Assembly: GCA_964463155.1 (NCBI GenBank)
Contig: CAYXAY010000038.1
Coordinates: 1 to 5,764 of the forward strand
DNA length: 5,764 nt
Source of the DNA: an uncultured archaeon
Lineage (GTDB): Archaea > Iainarchaeota > Iainarchaeia > Iainarchaeales > CSSED10-239
Reading direction: 5' to 3'
The position numbers were made by a program, and so were the translations under genes. Numbering within the stretch: the stretch's first letter is position 1; every line of letters begins with the position of its first letter. This document shows positions 5,484 through 5,764 of the stretch, in pieces. Under the pieces are notes generated by a model. The model did no database searches. It saw nothing but the letters and a program-made list of their open reading frames with translations, and was not told the origin of the DNA.

Positions 5484-5558
5484 AAGTCGTGAGCCAGAGC
5501 ACCGCACATTTATGTAGCGGGTGAATGGCGTCTCGCACGACTTGTTTTTAATCTTTTT
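5484..5558 (+). ncRNA. Candidate small structured RNA: ~60-nt imperfect hairpin followed by two T5 tracts. Strand and expression unproven
   Basis: The 8-bp outer stem is aagtcgtg 5484-5491 / cacgactt 5536-5543. Inner helices are gcca 5493-5496 / tggc 5526-5529, cacc 5500-5503 / ggtg 5520-5523, gc 5504-5505 / gc 5517-5518 and aca 5506-5508 / tgt 5513-5515. T5 tracts lie at 5545-5549 and 5554-5558. The segment is clearly more GC-rich than its flanks. Confidence 0.25.
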
Positions 5559-5572
5559 CTAATAAGTATATG

Positions 5573-5595
5573 CCTATTGGTCGGAGACCAATAGG
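5573..5595. repeat. Perfect 10-bp inverted repeat with 3-nt spacer: CCTATTGGTC-gga-GACCAATAGG
   Basis: Read directly; the arms are exact reverse complements. It could be a hairpin or a dimeric protein-binding site. Confidence 0.6.
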
Positions 5596-5764
5596 AGTGT
5601 ATCATATATGAATGACTTATATAGCTATTAGAATAAAAACATTTCGGATGCACGCCGAAACTCGTTTCACTTTGTTTTTGTTTCAAAATATAGATATAAT
5701 ACATTCCGTAGTGTTTTTATAAGTGAAATAGTAAAAGATATTTTTAATGTTGTATCTCAAAAAT

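Noticed and set aside
5484-5543. Interpreting the long hairpin as a C/D box or H/ACA guide RNA, or as a split-tRNA half
   Set aside because: There is no RUGAUGA/CUGA box pair and no ACA trinucleotide after the basal stem. There is no D-arm or T-arm (GTTCGAATC-type) signature. The GAG/AA internal loop is not a canonical K-turn.
5510-5704. 64-aa minus-strand ORF in the terminal non-coding region
   Set aside because: It runs straight through three hairpin or inverted-repeat elements. It has no upstream GTGA-type motif, and its product (MYYIYILKQKQ...SYISHSYMIHSY...) looks like translated AT-rich spacer.
1-5764. CRISPR arrays, rRNA genes, intact transposons or defence-system genes
   Set aside because: There are no regularly spaced direct repeats and no rRNA-like conserved blocks. 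There are no long ORFs beyond those listed. The only mobile-element trace is the degraded transposase.

Overview
AT-rich archaeal fragment, all credible genes on the + strand. The left half is core: the 3' part of a tRNA-Leu(UAA), then a tightly packed ribosomal protein and RNA polymerase operon (eL18/L18e, uL13, uS9, RpoN/Rpo10, uS2). The order matches the conserved archaeal cluster, but rpoN and rps2 are only 13 nt apart, with no rpoK or enolase between them. A short-form TrmB-family wHTH regulator follows. The right half looks accessory. It holds a decayed DDE transposase remnant (IS4/IS5-superfamily-like): N- and C-terminal pieces in different frames, no start codon, catalytic core missing. 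After it comes a gene of about 500 codons. Its product has a textbook archaeal class III (type IV pilin-like) signal peptide, seven Cys-rich modules (30 Cys, three of them exact 20-aa tandem units) and an unrecognised C-terminal domain of about 250 aa. The last 350 nt have no credible ORF but contain three hairpins or inverted repeats, which are the GC-richest stretches there. One is a ~60-nt imperfect hairpin followed by T tracts. It shares a 12-nt core with a palindrome cluster downstream of the TrmB gene. A (G)GTGA Shine-Dalgarno-like motif 4-8 nt upstream of an ATG recurs at six genes and was used to refine starts. The compact operon and Cys-repeat surface protein suggest a small-genome, possibly DPANN-type, archaeon, but that is inference only. 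No CRISPR array, rRNA or intact mobile element is visible.
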